NCBI RefSeq assembly: GCF_009914755.1
Contig: NC_060931.1
Direction: 5' to 3' (one strand)
DNA length: 64,000 nt
DNA from: the human T2T-CHM13v2.0 reference genome, Homo sapiens
In this document: positions 1-17,869 of the stretch, piece by piece
Layout of the letters: every line of letters begins with the position of its first letter
How positions within the stretch are numbered: position 1 is the stretch's first letter
The notes under the pieces: generated by a model
Database searches by the model: none
Told to the model about the DNA's origin: nothing
The model's input: only the letters and a program-made list of their open reading frames with translations
Made by a program: the position numbers and the translations under genes

Positions 1-1504
1 GCTCCTTTTGAAACATTCATTTGTGTCAGCAGCCTCATTATCAGGTTGAAGACTTTTGCTGGAAGTCTTCCTACCCAGTGCCCAGGGTTGGGGGAGCTCT
101 AACACTTGGAAAATGCTGCAGTTGAGCACAGCGGTTGTTGTGGACACCAAACATACTCTGCTGTTGGGGCAAATTTGAGGGTGACCTTGGGATGAAGGAT
201 CCCAGAGGGGACCTGCTGTGAGAGAGGGCACCTGTGAGCCTGCTCAGGGGCTCAAGGCAAGGAACTGGACCTGTCATCTCATCACAGCACGAAACTTTCC
301 CTACAGGGGTTTCCACTGGCTCCATTTTGGGATAATGATCCTGAGTCATTCCTCCATTTCTGACATTTATATTCTGGATAAGGATGGGGTGAGATACCAT
401 GAGATCGCTGTACCTGCTCCAGGGTTCTCTATGCTTCTAGGGTTCATCCCTACTCCACCTTTTTGTCATGGACCCTATATCAAGAGAATACCTTTCAACA
501 ATTGTTTACCCTACTGTCTCCTCAACATGACCTGCGTCATTATTCTATCCTTGTACAACAATGTTGCCTCTCATGTGCAGGAACTACATAGCCCCTAGAA
601 CACTGGCAGCCTCCCTGGGATATTGTAGCATTAGATGTGATTCAACACCAATTTTATGTCTTTTTAGGGGCTGGGCTGGGGTTGGCCAGGTGGGGTGATA
701 GAATTTTTTCCAGGCTTATAGTCTGAGTTATGGATTCTCCACTTTGGACTCTGTGGGTTACTTTCATCTTGATGGATTTCTAAAAATACAAACAACCACC
801 CCAGTGGTTGTTTTTCTGCTTTTCTAGAAGAAATGAGGCTTTATAGGTCAAATGAGAGGGTACAATATGAATATGATGTTGAGAGTGTCTGTGTTTTAGA
901 CATGTCTTCATTCCCAACTGGGAACGTGGACTGCCTGGTGAGGCTGCCAGAGTGAATGTATCTACACTGGTGTGGGCGCTCACAGAAGCACAAACTTTCT
1001 TGAGAAAGTCATAGAGACTGTTGAACGATACAGTTTCCAGCAAAGCAAACTCTTCTTACCCCATCCATGTGGCCCTCAGTGAGTCTCCTGGTCTTCAGGA
1101 TTGGTGATCAAGGCTTTTTGAAATCCCATTTGCTTTTCCACTCCACACCAAGTGTGGGTAAAATATCAAATGGAGCATGTTGACCAGATGCCTGAAAAGC
1201 ATCTATGTCACTCTATTGCTCTTCATGGTAATATGATCAGAGCACCTCACCCAGCAGCTCAAGTTCTTAACTAGTTGTAAGACTAGTTGTAACACCTTAC
1301 TCCATAGCAATTATAGCCTCAACATCTTTGTCTCTTTTCCAAATCTCCTGATCCTGACTGGGATCCTGCCCTGGTTAATGGGTCCACAGGACCCCTGTAG
1401 GACACTCACTGGGGGATAGGGACAAGTTCAATAATTAGTTATTATAAGGTTTAAGTGACAGACATGTATATCAACTGTTCCTGATATATGGTAACTGCTC
1501 AATC

Positions 1505-2201
1505 AATGTCATCAACACCTCCACCACCATCACCATCAACACTACCATCATCACCATCACCACCACCACCATTACCACAACCACTACCACCACCACCACC
1601 ATCACCACCAACACTGTCATCACTATCATCACCATCACCACCACGACCACCATTAGTATCACCATCAACACTACCATCACCACAACCATCATCGCCACAA
1701 CCACTACTGCCACCATCATCATCACCACCATCACTACCATCACCACCACCACCATCACCACCATTACCATCACCATCACCATCAGCAATACCATCACTAC
1801 CACCACCATCACCACAACCACTGCCACCACCACCACCATCATCACCACCACCATCACTACCATCACCACTATTACCACCACCACCACTATCATCATCACC
1901 ATCATCACCTCTATCACCATCACCACCACCACCATCACCACCACCATCACTACCACCATCACCCCCACCATCACCACCACCACCACCACCTCCACAACCA
2001 CCATCACCACCATCATCACCACTATCATCACCACCATTATCATCATCACAACCATCACTATTACCACCATCACTGTCATCATTACCACTACCATCATCAC
2101 CATCACCACTACTACCACTATCATTACCACTATCAATATCACCACCATGACTATCTTTACTATCACCACTACCACCATCACCATCACTACCACCATCATC
2201 A
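1505..2201. repeat. Compound trinucleotide low-complexity tract (ACC/ATC/ACT)n, ~700 bp
   Basis: Continuous caccaccatcaccactacc-type triplets; explains the poly-V/M and poly-P/S ORFs. Confidence 0.97.
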
Positions 2202-3195
2202 TTCCAATCGACTTAAACCATAGGACAATGCTTTTCTTTGGGATGTGGCATGTGGCTCCTTGTACCTACCTAGCACTTGCAGGTAGCAGAAGCCGAGAGA
2301 CCATTCCACCAGGTCTTTCAAAGCTGTAGGCCATTAACGCTAATCTTTTATTTACAGTTGTTACCCTAATAAAAATCAATCTGCCTTTTGCTCTTCTATG
2401 CTTTTTCTGACATATAGAGCCTCTACATTCCAACCAGCTTTAGTGGCCTGTGGGTGGTGGTGGGAAATTGGAATATGACAAGCGGGAGGTGCTGTATCAA
2501 CTTTCAAGACAGTCTATTGGGAAGGCAGAGCCTGCAGTGGCTGGGGGAGTGGTGGGAAGATAGAAAAAATCCATATCCCACTTGTGGACTGCCATGGAGT
2601 GAGCTAAAGCAACCCTCCCTGCCCCTACCATGGAAGGACAGGGGAGATGGGGCTGTGCAAACCATGCAGGTACCCCTATCAGACTTACCACAGAGCCTCT
2701 GCTCAGGGCTCTCGAAGAACTCCCTTCACCCAGCATCACAGACCTCTTTCCTTACCTTCTGTCTGTCCACACTGGCTGAGCAGTACTTGGAGATCCAAGC
2801 CTTCCTCAGCTCTGTAGGCTCACTGTTTTGCCTCCTTCTCCTTTCTCCAGGTCTCTTCCTAGCTGCCTCTGCTTCTTCTCATTTGCTCCTTATCTATAGG
2901 TGTGTGCTGCTATGTTTGCCTCTGCCCCAATCCCTGCTCCCTAGATCCCAGTATGGCCACAGCTGTTGATGCCCTTCTAACTGGGAGGAAGTGCTAGTGC
3001 CTAAAGCCTGTGAGGGTCAACAGGCGGTTTTCTGGGCTGACGTTTCTTTCTGCTTACAGGATAAAATGGTGATCCAGGGTTGTGAGTTGGCTATGGGGCT
3101 TCTGGGGGTGCTTTTGTGTTTTATTTGCCTCAAATCCTTTTTGAACCTGGAGTACATACATAAATACATTGATGCAATTCTATTCTTAATTTTTA

Positions 3196-3523
<328 letters not shown>

Positions 3524-3559
3524 GATTTAAGAAGCAATTGTGCTCCATCTTATAGTTAA

Positions 3560-4540
<981 letters not shown>

Positions 4541-5085
4541 GAAAGAAAGAAAGGCTGATGAAGATCACAGTCACAGCCTGACTGGGATGGGACGTACAAT
4601 TCAGGGACTAAAGACAAATCACAATAAACAACACAAGTGTTCACATTAAAATCTAAATGACTTATGGGATATGGATGTTGTTTACCAATAGTAGGACTTA
4701 CACAACTTTGTGTTGGCAACAATAGGCTTTATATGAGATTATATAAGATTATTATATAGGCTTATAAATGTAGAAGCAGGATTTGACTCCCTGCCCCGTT
4801 CCTTTCAAAGACTCCTTGTGTCTCCTGCTCCAACCTTCCAGGAGCTTCCGGCAGACGCCTGTCTGCAGTCCTGCTCTGACACTTGTCCCTTCTCCCATGT
4901 ATCCTGGACTTGTGTCTAAGCCTAGAGTGTGAATTTACTAATGAGGTCAATTAAAATGGGCTAACATCCCAATAGGAGGCACTGAGAACAGACATTTACT
5001 AAATGTTCCTGGCAGAGAAACACCTGCTTGTGTTATATGACGAAGATCTCATTAGTAGCACATTTAATAGAAGCAGCATTTTCTT

Positions 5086-5380
5086 GTTCTTTTTTTTGAG
5101 ATGGGGTTTCACGCTTGTTGTCCAGGCTGGAGTGCAATGGGCACGATCTCAGCTCACTGCAAGCTCTGCCTCCCAGGTTCAAACAATTCTCCTTCCTCAG
5201 CCTCGCAAGTAGCTGGGATTATAGGCGCCTGGCATCACACCTGGCTAATTTTTTGTATTTAGTAGAGACAGGCTTTCACCATGTTAGTCAGGCTGGGCTC
5301 GAACCCCTGACCTCAGGTGATCCACCCCCCTCGGCCTCCCAAAGTGCTGAGATTACAGGCATGCACCACTGCACCTGCCC
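5086..5380 (-). mobile_element. AluS
   Basis: Full Alu with target-site duplication agaagcagcattttct on both sides. Confidence 0.97.
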
Positions 5381-6909
5381 AAGAAGCAGCATTTTCTAAG
5401 AGGTAATTAAATTGATTTCAGATAATGGACACTTGGAGCAAGGAGGATTCTTCTGGGGTTGAGAAGTGCCCTTAGTCTAGGGATGACCAGTCAGTGTGAT
5501 ATCATGCCATATCAAATACATCCAAGCAGCCTCTCGGGCGTGATGATGAGGATGATGAGGCCTCCCCCAGGCGGGGTGAAGAGCAACCGCTGTGAGCAGC
5601 TACTCATGTCTGCTGTGGGCACAGCACGTGCCACTCCTGCCTGATTTGACAGCTGATTAGAAACTTTTCTACAGAGGAACTAGAGCAGCATTTTTAGGTG
5701 TGGACAGAGTAGGAGAGGTGTAGTTGGTATATGAGAATGTGAGAATTGGGGCTAGAGGCCCTGATTTGAAATCTCAGCCCTGCCCTTTATCAGTTGTGTG
5801 TGGTGGGCTATCTTTCCCTCCAGGAGCACAGCTATGCAGTGAGTGGAGCAGGAAGTCAGGCATGAGGCCAGAGAGCTTTGTTAACCTGAGAGGTTGTGAT
5901 GATGGAAAGTCTGGCGAGATGATGAGCGGGTGGGAAGGTAACTTAGTGGCTAGGAGGGGAGTTGGGAGTTGGAGGTTGGAGGAGCAGATAAAATCAGGCT
6001 CCACAAATTGCAGCGAGCCTGAAGCTGGCAGCAGACGGCAGGGGTCCAACTCCACAGGCAGAGGCTTTTCATGGCTCTTGTGGGAAAAAGAGTCCTTGCT
6101 GACAAGTCCTGCCTGCATTGGCTTAGGCGGCCCATGTCCCTGGGGGTCCTGCACTGCAGACAGGCCCAGGGCCTGAGCACCACTGAATAGTTCCTGGTCT
6201 GCAAACTGCAGATGACACCACACCAATGTCAGAGGTGTTCTGTGAGGGCAGAATATAGTTGTGCGTAGGCAGCACTAGGTAAGCAGCAAGGCCTGGACAA
6301 GGCTGATTGCTGTTCTCTGCATGGACCTGTGTGTTGGGTTGCAGGGGGCAGCTACCTCCGGCTGGAAAGCAGCAGACCAGCTGTTCTGCAGAATGCAGAC
6401 ACCAGGACAAGCACCTTCCACCGAGATAAGCAGTGCTACATGCAGCTCCCCAGACATGCTGGCTTCCAATACTGGGGGAAAAAAATCGCAGAAACCACTT
6501 CCATCTAGTGGTAACGGAGGGAAAATGCAGGCCTGAACTGCAGCACTCTCCTAAGGAGGCCCAGGACTGAACCTTGCAGACCCTTCCAGGCAAGCCAGCA
6601 AATCTTATCCATCCCAACTTCCCAAGGTTAAATTGTCTTCCAGATCAACAGCCTTAGTCTGCTGAAGAAATTTACCTGCCATCTACACCACAAAAAAACT
6701 GTAGGGCAATGCAGATTCTGGGGGTCCCTGACTCAAAATAGAATTGAGCATTTTCTAGACAAGAAACAAAGCTAAGTGTCTAATGTTTCTCTAGGATCAT
6801 GAAGCCACATTAAAAATTGACTGATCGATAAGCAATAGACAAATGAATAAATAAACCCTGAGTAGTTTTACAAAATAATATGATAAAAATTGAAACCATG
6901 TGTCCAGTT

Positions 6910-8050
6910 AGGGTCCCCTTGGCCCCCCCAAATCTCACGTCCTTCTCACATTGCAAAATACAAGCATCCCTTCCCAATAGCCCGCCAAAATCCTAACTTG
7001 TTCCAGGATCAACTCTAAAGCCCAAAGTCCAAAGTCTCATCTGAGACTTGCAGGTAATTTCCATACAGCTGTGAGCCTGTAAAATGAAAAACAAGTTATT
7101 TCTTCCAAAATAAAATGGTGCTGTACCATTAGGTAAACATTCCCATTCCAAAAGAGATAAATCAGCCAAAAGAAAGGGGCAACGGGCCTCATGCAGTATG
7201 AAACCCAGCAAGGCAGATAATGAACCTTAAAGCTCCAAATTAATCTTTGACACCATGTCTCACATCCTGGGCATACTGGCGCAAGGCAGGGTTCCTGAGG
7301 CTTGGGCAGCCCCTTCCCCATGGCTGTGCTTGGTGCAACCCTGTGGCTGCTCTCACACATTGGAGTTGAGTGCCTGCGGCTTTTCCAGGCTGAGGGTGAA
7401 CACTGCTGGTGGATCTACCATTCTGGGGTCTAGAGGGCAGTGGCCCTCTTCCCACAGCTCCAAAGACAATGCCCTGGTGGGGATTCTGTGTGGGGGCTCC
7501 AACCCCACATTTCTCCTCCACACTGCCCTCATAGAAGCTCTCTGTGGGGGCTCTGCCCCTGCAACAGGCTCTGCTTGGGCACCCAGGCTTTCTCACACAT
7601 CTTCAAATCCAGGTGGAAGCTGTCAAACCTCAGCCACCCTTTATTCTCTGCTCCCACAGGCTTAACATCATGTGGAAGCAACCAAGGCTTAAAATGTGCA
7701 CCCTCTGGAACTGAGCCTGCTGTATCTGGGGCCATCTGAGCCTCAGGCGAAGTCAGAGCTGCTGGGATGCAGGGAGGGGCTGCATTTTGAGGCAGGGCAA
7801 GGCAGAGGAGCCCAGGCCTGGCCCCCAAAGCCATTCTGTCCTGCTAAGCCTCTGGGCCTATGATGGGAGGGGCTGCCTAAAAGATTTCCACAATGCCTTC
7901 AGGACCTTCCCCCCCATCATTCTGATAGCATCTGTCTCTCTTTTAGTCATGCTAATCACTCTAGCAGGTTACTCTACAGCCTGCTTTGATTTCTCTCCTA
8001 AAAACACTTTTTACTTTTTCAAAATTTCTTAATTCTTACAGTTTGCTTCC
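6910..8050 (-). mobile_element. MaLR (MST/THE1-family) internal sequence
   Basis: ggcccccccaaatctcacgtccttctcacattgcaaaatac; cccaaagtccaaagtctcatctgagac; ggatctaccattctggggtc; gggggctccaaccccacatttc are typical MST/THE1-int motifs. Confidence 0.85.
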
Positions 8051-8052
8051 TA

Positions 8053-8168
8053 TTTTTTTTTTTTTTTGAGACAGGGTCTCACTTTGTTGCCCATGCTGGA
8101 GTGAAGTGGTAAGAACACGGCTCACTGCAATTCTCCTATCTCAGCCTCCCAAATAGCTGGGACTACAG
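8053..8168 (-). mobile_element. Alu fragment
   Basis: poly-T followed by gagacagggtctcactttgttgccc...gctgggactacag. Confidence 0.85.
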
Positions 8169-9688
8169 CGAGGTGGAGAGGCAGGTGCTGGAGAGGGTCT
8201 AGGGCCAGGTGATGCAAAGGTCGTGAAAGCACATGGGACCTTGTCCTGAGGACTGGTGCTCATCTCCTATCTTCATGCTCCTCCAGGGCAAACTACACCC
8301 TCCTTGGCAGGAGCAGGGAGCAAGCTGAGCGGTCAAGGCAGCTAAACCTGCCAGCCACACAGACCAGCTCACAGGACTGGAGAGTAATGGTACCCAAGAG
8401 CAGTAAGATTGCTCCACCCCAAATCACTAGACAAAGCTCAGCACCAGCCTCTGGCCCAATGGTCCTGCTTCTGTTTTCATTTTACCAACAGGTGCAGTCT
8501 CCTGTTCCTCCAGGAAACACCCAAACAACAGGATAGGCAACTTCACCCAATCCCCGCCACTTGTAGCCAGGCAGGCCATACTTGCTAGAGCTTCCAGCCC
8601 CGTGGTACCACTTCTGTCTGAATTCTGCTGACAAGCACAGTCTCTTGTTCCCCTAGGAAACACCTTAATGGCATGGTGAGTGACTCCACCCACTGCCACT
8701 GCTCACAGCCAGCAGCCCACACCTGCTAGAGCTTCCAGCCCAGCAGTCCTGCTTTTATATGAACTCTGCAGGTGGGGGCAACTCCATGTTCCCCTGCGAA
8801 GCAGCTGGACAGCAGATTAGGTGACCCCACTCATCCCTGCAACTCCTAGCCAAGCAGTTCTTGCTGGCTTGGGTGGTGCCCAAGCAGTGGGGGAATCCTC
8901 ACTCTTGCATCACTAAAAGAAGTGAGATGCCCAAGTTCACAGGTCAGTGGAGGAGTGGGTTGTGCCTCCCTCTGTACAGCCATTCCAGAAAGGATATGAC
9001 CTGTTTGCCAACTGTGGCCCCTACATGAGGAAGCCCCATGGACAAGAACACCTAATAAAAGAAACACAGGCGTGGAGTCAGTGATCAGAGGGGGCTCTTC
9101 CAAGGCTCAGGAGTGGACAAGGTGAGGGGGTCATCTCTACCCCACCCCCTAAAGAGCACTATGCTAACTTGAGGAAAACACAAAAGAGCTGTGCAGCTGA
9201 GAAAAAAGCCTATCTGCCTGTCCGCTGGCTAACACTTTTAAGTGCCACCTACTGGATCACGGTGGAAAATACAACACAAAAATATTTTGCCAGTACACAG
9301 CACCTGTGAAAACTAAGGCAAAGATTAAGCAACAAATAAACATTCTGTACATACTCCTGACCCTCTGAAAACACCCTAAAATGAAGCCAACTGACTGTAC
9401 TCAACTTACTTCACAGTTAAAGGAACACTAACCCTTACACATGAAAAAGAATCGATGCAAAAACTCTGGCAACTCAAAAAGCCAGTGTGCCCCCTTACCT
9501 ACCAACAAACACACTAGTCCCCCAGAAATGGTTCTTAGCCAGATTGAGATGACTGAAATGATGGAAATAAAATTCAAGATCTGGATGGCAAGGAAGCTCA
9601 ATGGGATCAAAGAGAAAGTTGAATCCAAGGAACCCAGTAAAACAATCCAGGAGCTGAAAGATTAAACAGCCATTTTAAGAAAGAACCA

Positions 9689-10021
<333 letters not shown>

Positions 10022-10070
10022 TTACTTCAAGAATTCTACAATAAAATTAGAAGCATCAGTAGCAGAATAG

Positions 10071-10729
<659 letters not shown>

Positions 10730-11971
10730 CACAAAAATTTTTTAAAAAGAATTAAAAAGTGAATAAAATCTTTTGAGAAATATAGGATTATGTAAAAAGA
10801 CCAAACCTACATTTCATTGGCATTCCCAAAAGAGAAGTAACTTGGAGAATATATTTGAAGACATAGTCCATGAAAAATTTCCCAGACTTGCTAGAGAGGG
10901 CAACATACAAATTCAAAAAATACAGACAACCCTACAGATACTACACAAGATGACCATCCCCAAGGCACATAGTCATCAGATTCACCAAAGTCAAAGTAAA
11001 AGAAAAAAATCCTAAAGGCAGCTAGAGAGAAAGGTCAGGTCAACTATAAAGGGAACCCCATCAGGCTAGCAGTAGACGTTGCAACAGAAACTTTACAAGA
11101 CAGAGGAGAATCAAGGTTTATTCTCAGCAATCTTAAAGAAAATAATTTCCAAGCAAGAATATTGTGTCCCATCAAACTAAGCTTCATAAGTGAAGGAGAA
11201 ATAAAATACTTCTCAGATAAGCAAGTACTTAACGGAGTGCTAAACATGAAAACAGAGAACTGAAACATGCTCCTTCAAAAACACACTCAAGGACATGGCC
11301 TACAGAGAATGTAAAGCCACCACACAACTAAGTCTACGAAATAAACAGCCAACAACATAATGACAGTCTCAAAATCTCATGTATCAATACTAACCCAGAA
11401 TGTAAATGGTCTAAATGCCCGACTTAAAAGGGATAGCATGTCAAGTTGGACAAAAAGACAAGCCCCGATAGTCTGCTGTCTTCAAGACACCCATCTCTCA
11501 TGTAAAGATACTCACAGGTTCAAAGTAAAAGGATAGAGTAGATCTACCAAGCAAACAGAAAACTAAAAAGAGCAGGAGTTATTATTTTTATAGCAGATAA
11601 AACAGATTTTAAACCAACAACAATCAGGAAGGATAAAGAAGAGCAGTACATGATGATAAAAGGTTTAATTCAACAAGAAGACCTGACCATTCTAAACATA
11701 TACGTACCCAATATAGGAGCACCTAGATTCATAAAACAAATTTTTCTTGACTTACAAAAGGCTTAGTCACACAATAATAGTGGGGGACCTTAACACCCCA
11801 CTGACAGTGTTAAGACAGATCATCAAGGCTGAAAACTGACAAAGAAAATCTGGGCTTAAACTCGTCATGTGACCAATTAATTGAACCTAATAGATGTCTA
11901 CAGAGTACTCCATCTAACAACCATAGAATATACCTATGTTTCATTCTTACTATTCTAAGATTGACTACATG

Positions 11972-12185
<214 letters not shown>

Positions 12186-12326
12186 TTAAATATGTACTCA
12201 GAAGCTAGGGACCCAGCAATGTCCTTGCCTTCAAAGGATTTTCATTGCAGTGGAGGGGACAGAGGGTAGACAACAAGCAAGTAGTAATGAAAGACAAGAG
12301 AGAAATGACAGGTCACAGGTTAATAG

Positions 12327-12630
12327 GGCCCGGGTGCAGTGGCTCACACCTATAATCCCAGCACTTTGGGAGGCCAAGGCAGGCAGATCACCTGAGGTCA
12401 GGAGTTCAAGGCCAGCCTGGCCAACATAGTGAAACCCCGTCTCAACTAAAAGTACAAAAATTAGGTGTGGTAGTGTGTGCCTGTAATCCCAGCTACTAGG
12501 GAGGCTGAGGCAGGAGAATCGCTTGAACCAGGGAGGCGGTGAGGTTGCAGTGAGCTGAGATTGAGACACTGCACTCTAGCCTGGGCGACAGAATGATTCC
12601 ATCTCAAAAACAAAAACAAACAGAAAAACA
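12327..12630 (+). mobile_element. AluS
   Basis: Full Alu with (CAAAA)n tail. Confidence 0.96.
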
Positions 12631-12737
12631 GTTAATGGGAAGACAGCCTGTGTGGTCTGGTGTCATTTTTTAGTAATTCCGTGAAGTACAATGGAGTTTC
12701 CAGGTTTTCTCTGTGACAAAGGGATGCTGCTTTGTCA

Positions 12738-13033
12738 CTTTTTTTTTTTTCCTTTTGAGACGGGGTGTTACTCTGTAGCTCAGACTGGCGTGCAGTGATG
12801 CGATCACACCTCACAGCAGCCTCGAACTCTTAGGCTCAGGAGATCTTCCCACCTTCTGAGTAGCTGAGAGTACAGGTACATGCCACCGAACCTGGCCAAT
12901 TTTTGTATTTTTTGTAGAGACAGAGTCTCACTAATGTTCCCCAGGCTGGTCTGGAACTCCTGGGCTCAAATAATCCTCCTGCCTTGGTCACCCAAAATGT
13001 TGGGATTACAGGCATGAGCCACTGTGCCCAGCT
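12738..13033 (-). mobile_element. AluJ
   Basis: Diverged antisense Alu with J-type motifs (cagcctcgaactc, ctgggctcaa). Confidence 0.93.
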
Positions 13034-13049
13034 GAGACTTGATATTTAA

Positions 13050-13203
13050 ATAGTGGTCTGGGGACCAGCAGCACTGACATCTGCTGGGGGCTTGTTAGAA
13101 TTGCAGAATTTCAGGTCCCACTTCAGACCTGTTGATTGAGCATTTTCATATTAACAAGATTCACAGGTGATTTGTATGCACATTTTAGTTTGAGAAGGAC
13201 TGA
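13050..13203. mobile_element. MER5A-like hAT-Charlie DNA transposon remnant
   Basis: ggaccagcagca...cttgttagaattgcagaatttcagg...taacaagattcacaggtgatt...ttttagtttgagaa. Confidence 0.8.
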
Positions 13204-13755
13204 TTTAGAATGGAAGATAAAAAACGGCAGAGAAAGAGTTAAATACCTCCAGTTCAATTAGGGATTGATGAGAGATGGTGTGATCTAAAACATTCTTCTG
13301 GGTTGAATTTGGCCTTGTTGCCTGGACTATCAATATTGTGGTGTTTATCCTCTTAGGGAGAGAACTCCAAACTCCAGATCATTTCCTTAATCTGCTTCTC
13401 TAACCAGGTGTGGGAATCCAGATTGCCTCAAAATCTTGAGCTACTAAGGCTGGGAAGAGCCTGAGATGTCATCAGTTCAGCTCAATCCTTAGTTGCTGCC
13501 CTGCCCTCTTCTGCCCACCCCCATTTCACAGGCGAGCCTCTGGGAAGGGCAGTGGTTTGCTCAAACTACATATCAGCCCAGGGCTGGCCACAGTTCTGAG
13601 TCCCAGCCAGTACTTATCTTTTCTCTAAGTTTTGGTCCATTATTTTTTTTCTTTTATGGATTCAGCCTATCTTTTTAGAAAAATGAATTTTAAAAACATA
13701 TATTCATTCATATCATAAAAGTATCATAGGCTTATTGTAAAAAAATCAAACAGTG

Positions 13756-14052
13756 TTGGGTACAGTGGCTCACACCTGTAATCCCAGCACTTTGGGAGGC
13801 CAAGGCGGGTGGTTCACGAGGTCAGGAGTTCGAGACCAGCCTGGCCAATACGGTGAAACCCCCGTCTCTACTAAAAATACAAAAATTAGCCTGGTGTGGT
13901 GGTGCGCATCTGTAGTTCCAGCTGCTCAGGAGGCTGAGGCAGAAGAATCACTTGAACCCCGGAGGCAGAGGTTACAGTGAGCAGAGATCATGCCACTGCA
14001 CTCCAGCCTGGAGGATAGAGCAAGACTCCATCTCAAAAAAAAAAAAAAAAAA
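13756..14052 (+). mobile_element. AluS
   Basis: Full Alu with poly-A. Confidence 0.96.
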
Positions 14053-14850
14053 GATTTACTGAAACATTGCAAAGATCATATAGAAAGTTTTCTTACATGC
14101 TTCACCAGTTTGCCTTCCATCAACATCTCACGCAACTATGGCACATTTGTCAAAACTAGGAAACTGATATTGGTACAACATGATTCACCAAACTCCAGAC
14201 TTTGTTGGGATTTCACCAGCTTTTCCACTAATGTCCCTTCTTCCTTTCCAGAATCCAGCTCAAGAAACCACATGGCATTTGGTCATCTGCCATTGCATTC
14301 CTTTACGTGTGATGATCAAAGTAATAATTCTCTCTCTTTTACAGGTGAGGAAAAAAGTGATTCAATGGCCAAAGGATTGCCCTGTCACATCTAGGAGGCG
14401 AAGGCAGTGCAATAAAGGGTTTATTACTTGGCTAAATTTAGAACCGGAATTTATGTGGTGTGACCTTGAGCCTTTGTCTTCCTGTCTGAATGATGGGATC
14501 ATAGATTAATCCTTCTTTCCAGGCAGTGGTGGGGACTAAATGAGATAATATATATGGGCATATGCGTGCCAAAGAAATGGTACCTGCTGCTCTTGTTATT
14601 ACTGTCAGTATCGCCATCAGGAGCCTTGATCCCAGGTAGACTGCCTAACTGCTGAAACCTAGCTTCTTGTCCAGCGTGGTCAATCATCCCACCTCTCCAG
14701 CCTCACCCCAGACAAGACAAACAAGAGCTCAGGAAATAAATGTTAGTTTTGACACCCTTCCTTACCCTCAAAACTTAAAGAGGTTGACACACTTTCTTAC
14801 CCTTAAAACTTAAAGACCTTGTTAAAACTCAAGGTCAAATAGCTGGCTAG

Positions 14851-15333
<483 letters not shown>

Positions 15334-16097
15334 TAAGCAGCTAGGTCTTGCTAAGACCTTGTCCCATCCACTGGGCAGAACCCCTCCCTCTTCTCTTCCT
15401 CCTCCCCTTGCCTCCCTTCCCATTCAGAGACTGCCCTGGGGAACAGAAGCTACCTGCCGGCTGCTCTTAACTCCACTTGATGGGATGCCCTGCAAGGGAC
15501 CCCAGCATCTCTTCTGGCCTAAAGGAGCTGTCATAAACACCTGATGAAGGAAGTGTTGCAAGATCATTTTCAAAAAAAGGTGAAATTATGACTTTCACAT
15601 AGATAGAAAATGAATAGGTATTAACCATTTTATTTAACTCATAAGGGGGCCAGGTGACGTTATAACCAGCTCAACAGGGCAGCTGAGAACAGTCACATTC
15701 ACAGGTCAGGAATAGTGAAATGAATGTGCAAATGGAAACTGGTTTTTCAACAAGAGAGTGAGGGAGAACCTCTACTAGACAGGGCAATATATCATTTGCC
15801 TACAATTTACAGAGCTGTAAAGTAGCTCAAAGACAACAAAAGGCTAGAATCTGATAACCAGGAAGTGTGTGCTGTGTGTAGATAGTGCATTATTTTCTGC
15901 TGAATCACATTTTTTTCTGCAGAAGGAAGGTTATGAGCAGGGTACACTCCAGAGTCTCTAATGTGATGATCACTCTCTGAGAATTAGTATGAGTCATATA
16001 AGATACAAGGACCTTTCTGGATGGATTGGGAAAATTATATCTCACTTGCAAGCAAGAGGCCTGCAGTCTAAAGTCCCCCTCTTAAGATGCAGGTCTT

Positions 16098-16206
16098 GGC
16101 TTGGCGCGATAGCTCATGCGTGTAATCCTAGCACTTTGGGAGCCCAAAGCAGGAGGATCACTTGAGCTCAGGAGTTCAAGACCAGCCTGGGCAACACAGA
16201 CTTCAT

Positions 16207-16238
<32 letters not shown>

Positions 16239-16544
16239 GATGCAGGTCTTAGCTGGGCACAGTGACTCACTCCCGTAATCCCAGCACTTTGGGAGGTTGA
16301 GGTAGGAAAACTGCTTGAAGCCAAGAGTTCCAGACCAGCCTGAGCAACATGGCAAAACCCCATCTTTACAAAAAATTTTAAAAATTAGCCAGGTGTGGAG
16401 GTGCATGCTTGGAGTCCCAGCTACTCGGGAGGCTGAGGTAGGAAGGCTGCTTGAGCCCAGGAGATTATCAAAGCTGTAGTGAGCCGTGTTTGCATCACTG
16501 TACTCGAGCCGAGGCAACAGAGTGAGATCCTGTTTCAAAAAAAA
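16098..16544 (+). mobile_element. FLAM monomer plus AluJ
   Basis: Monomer flanked by the duplicated aagatgcaggtctt, then a diverged dimer. Confidence 0.93.
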
Positions 16545-17299
16545 GGCAGAGCTCAAGACATTAAAGTTTATTTTTCAGTTGTACTTTGGCACCTGTGTTA
16601 CATGATCGGTTCTGGAACATTCTAGAACGTGGATTTCTGAAGTGGGTCTGTAGTGGAGGCCTATAGAGTTTTCACTGGACCTGCTTTGATCCTGTCTCTG
16701 CTGTGCAGCCTCGTGCAGTTATACTAGCTCTCTGATGTGCAGCTTCCTCCTCTTTGAGGATGTCAATATTGATACTTCATATATTATTTTGTTACCTAAA
16801 CTACATTAAAGTTAGGAGAAAATTTCTTGGAAAATGTCCTTAGTCCCTACAATTCTTACTTATCAGCCCAGCCTCCTCCCCTCTTCCCATCCCGGTCCCG
16901 TCCCCTCGGCTCTCCATTCAATTCCCCATTTCCACCATTTGTCTCTCTAGTAGGGTAGAGAGGGGCTTGGGTTGCCCTGGAGGGGCTGGCCTGTGCTGAG
17001 TGAAGTTCACACCTGGGTGTGCCCTCAGGAAAGGGGCCCCTGGGGACAGGGTAACCATCAGAAAGGCTCAGGGCTCCCCAGTGCGCCATGCTGTCCTTTG
17101 TCCCATCTCTGATTCTGTGCTTACTGTGCCCAAGTATGGAATTGCAGGGTAGCAGCATGGGGACTTCCAGGTGGGCCCCTCCTAGCAGTGGGGGTTTCAG
17201 CCAATGAAGAATTCAGTCTCCTGACATAGGTCTCCCTTCAAAAGGGCGTGTCTCCAGGACAGCTGCAGCAATTCCATATCCATATCACTCACTTTCTAG

Positions 17300-17862
<563 letters not shown>

Positions 17863-17869
17863 GCCATCC

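Noticed and set aside
1-1400. Possible degenerate ERV internal (integrase-like VDTFT) sequence on the - strand
   Set aside because: Only a 5-residue resemblance with no supporting motifs; needs a Dfam search
1471-2202. 243-aa Val/Met and 220-aa Pro/Ser (extensin/mucin-like) ORFs
   Set aside because: Direct translations of the trinucleotide tract; no splice context or non-repetitive domain
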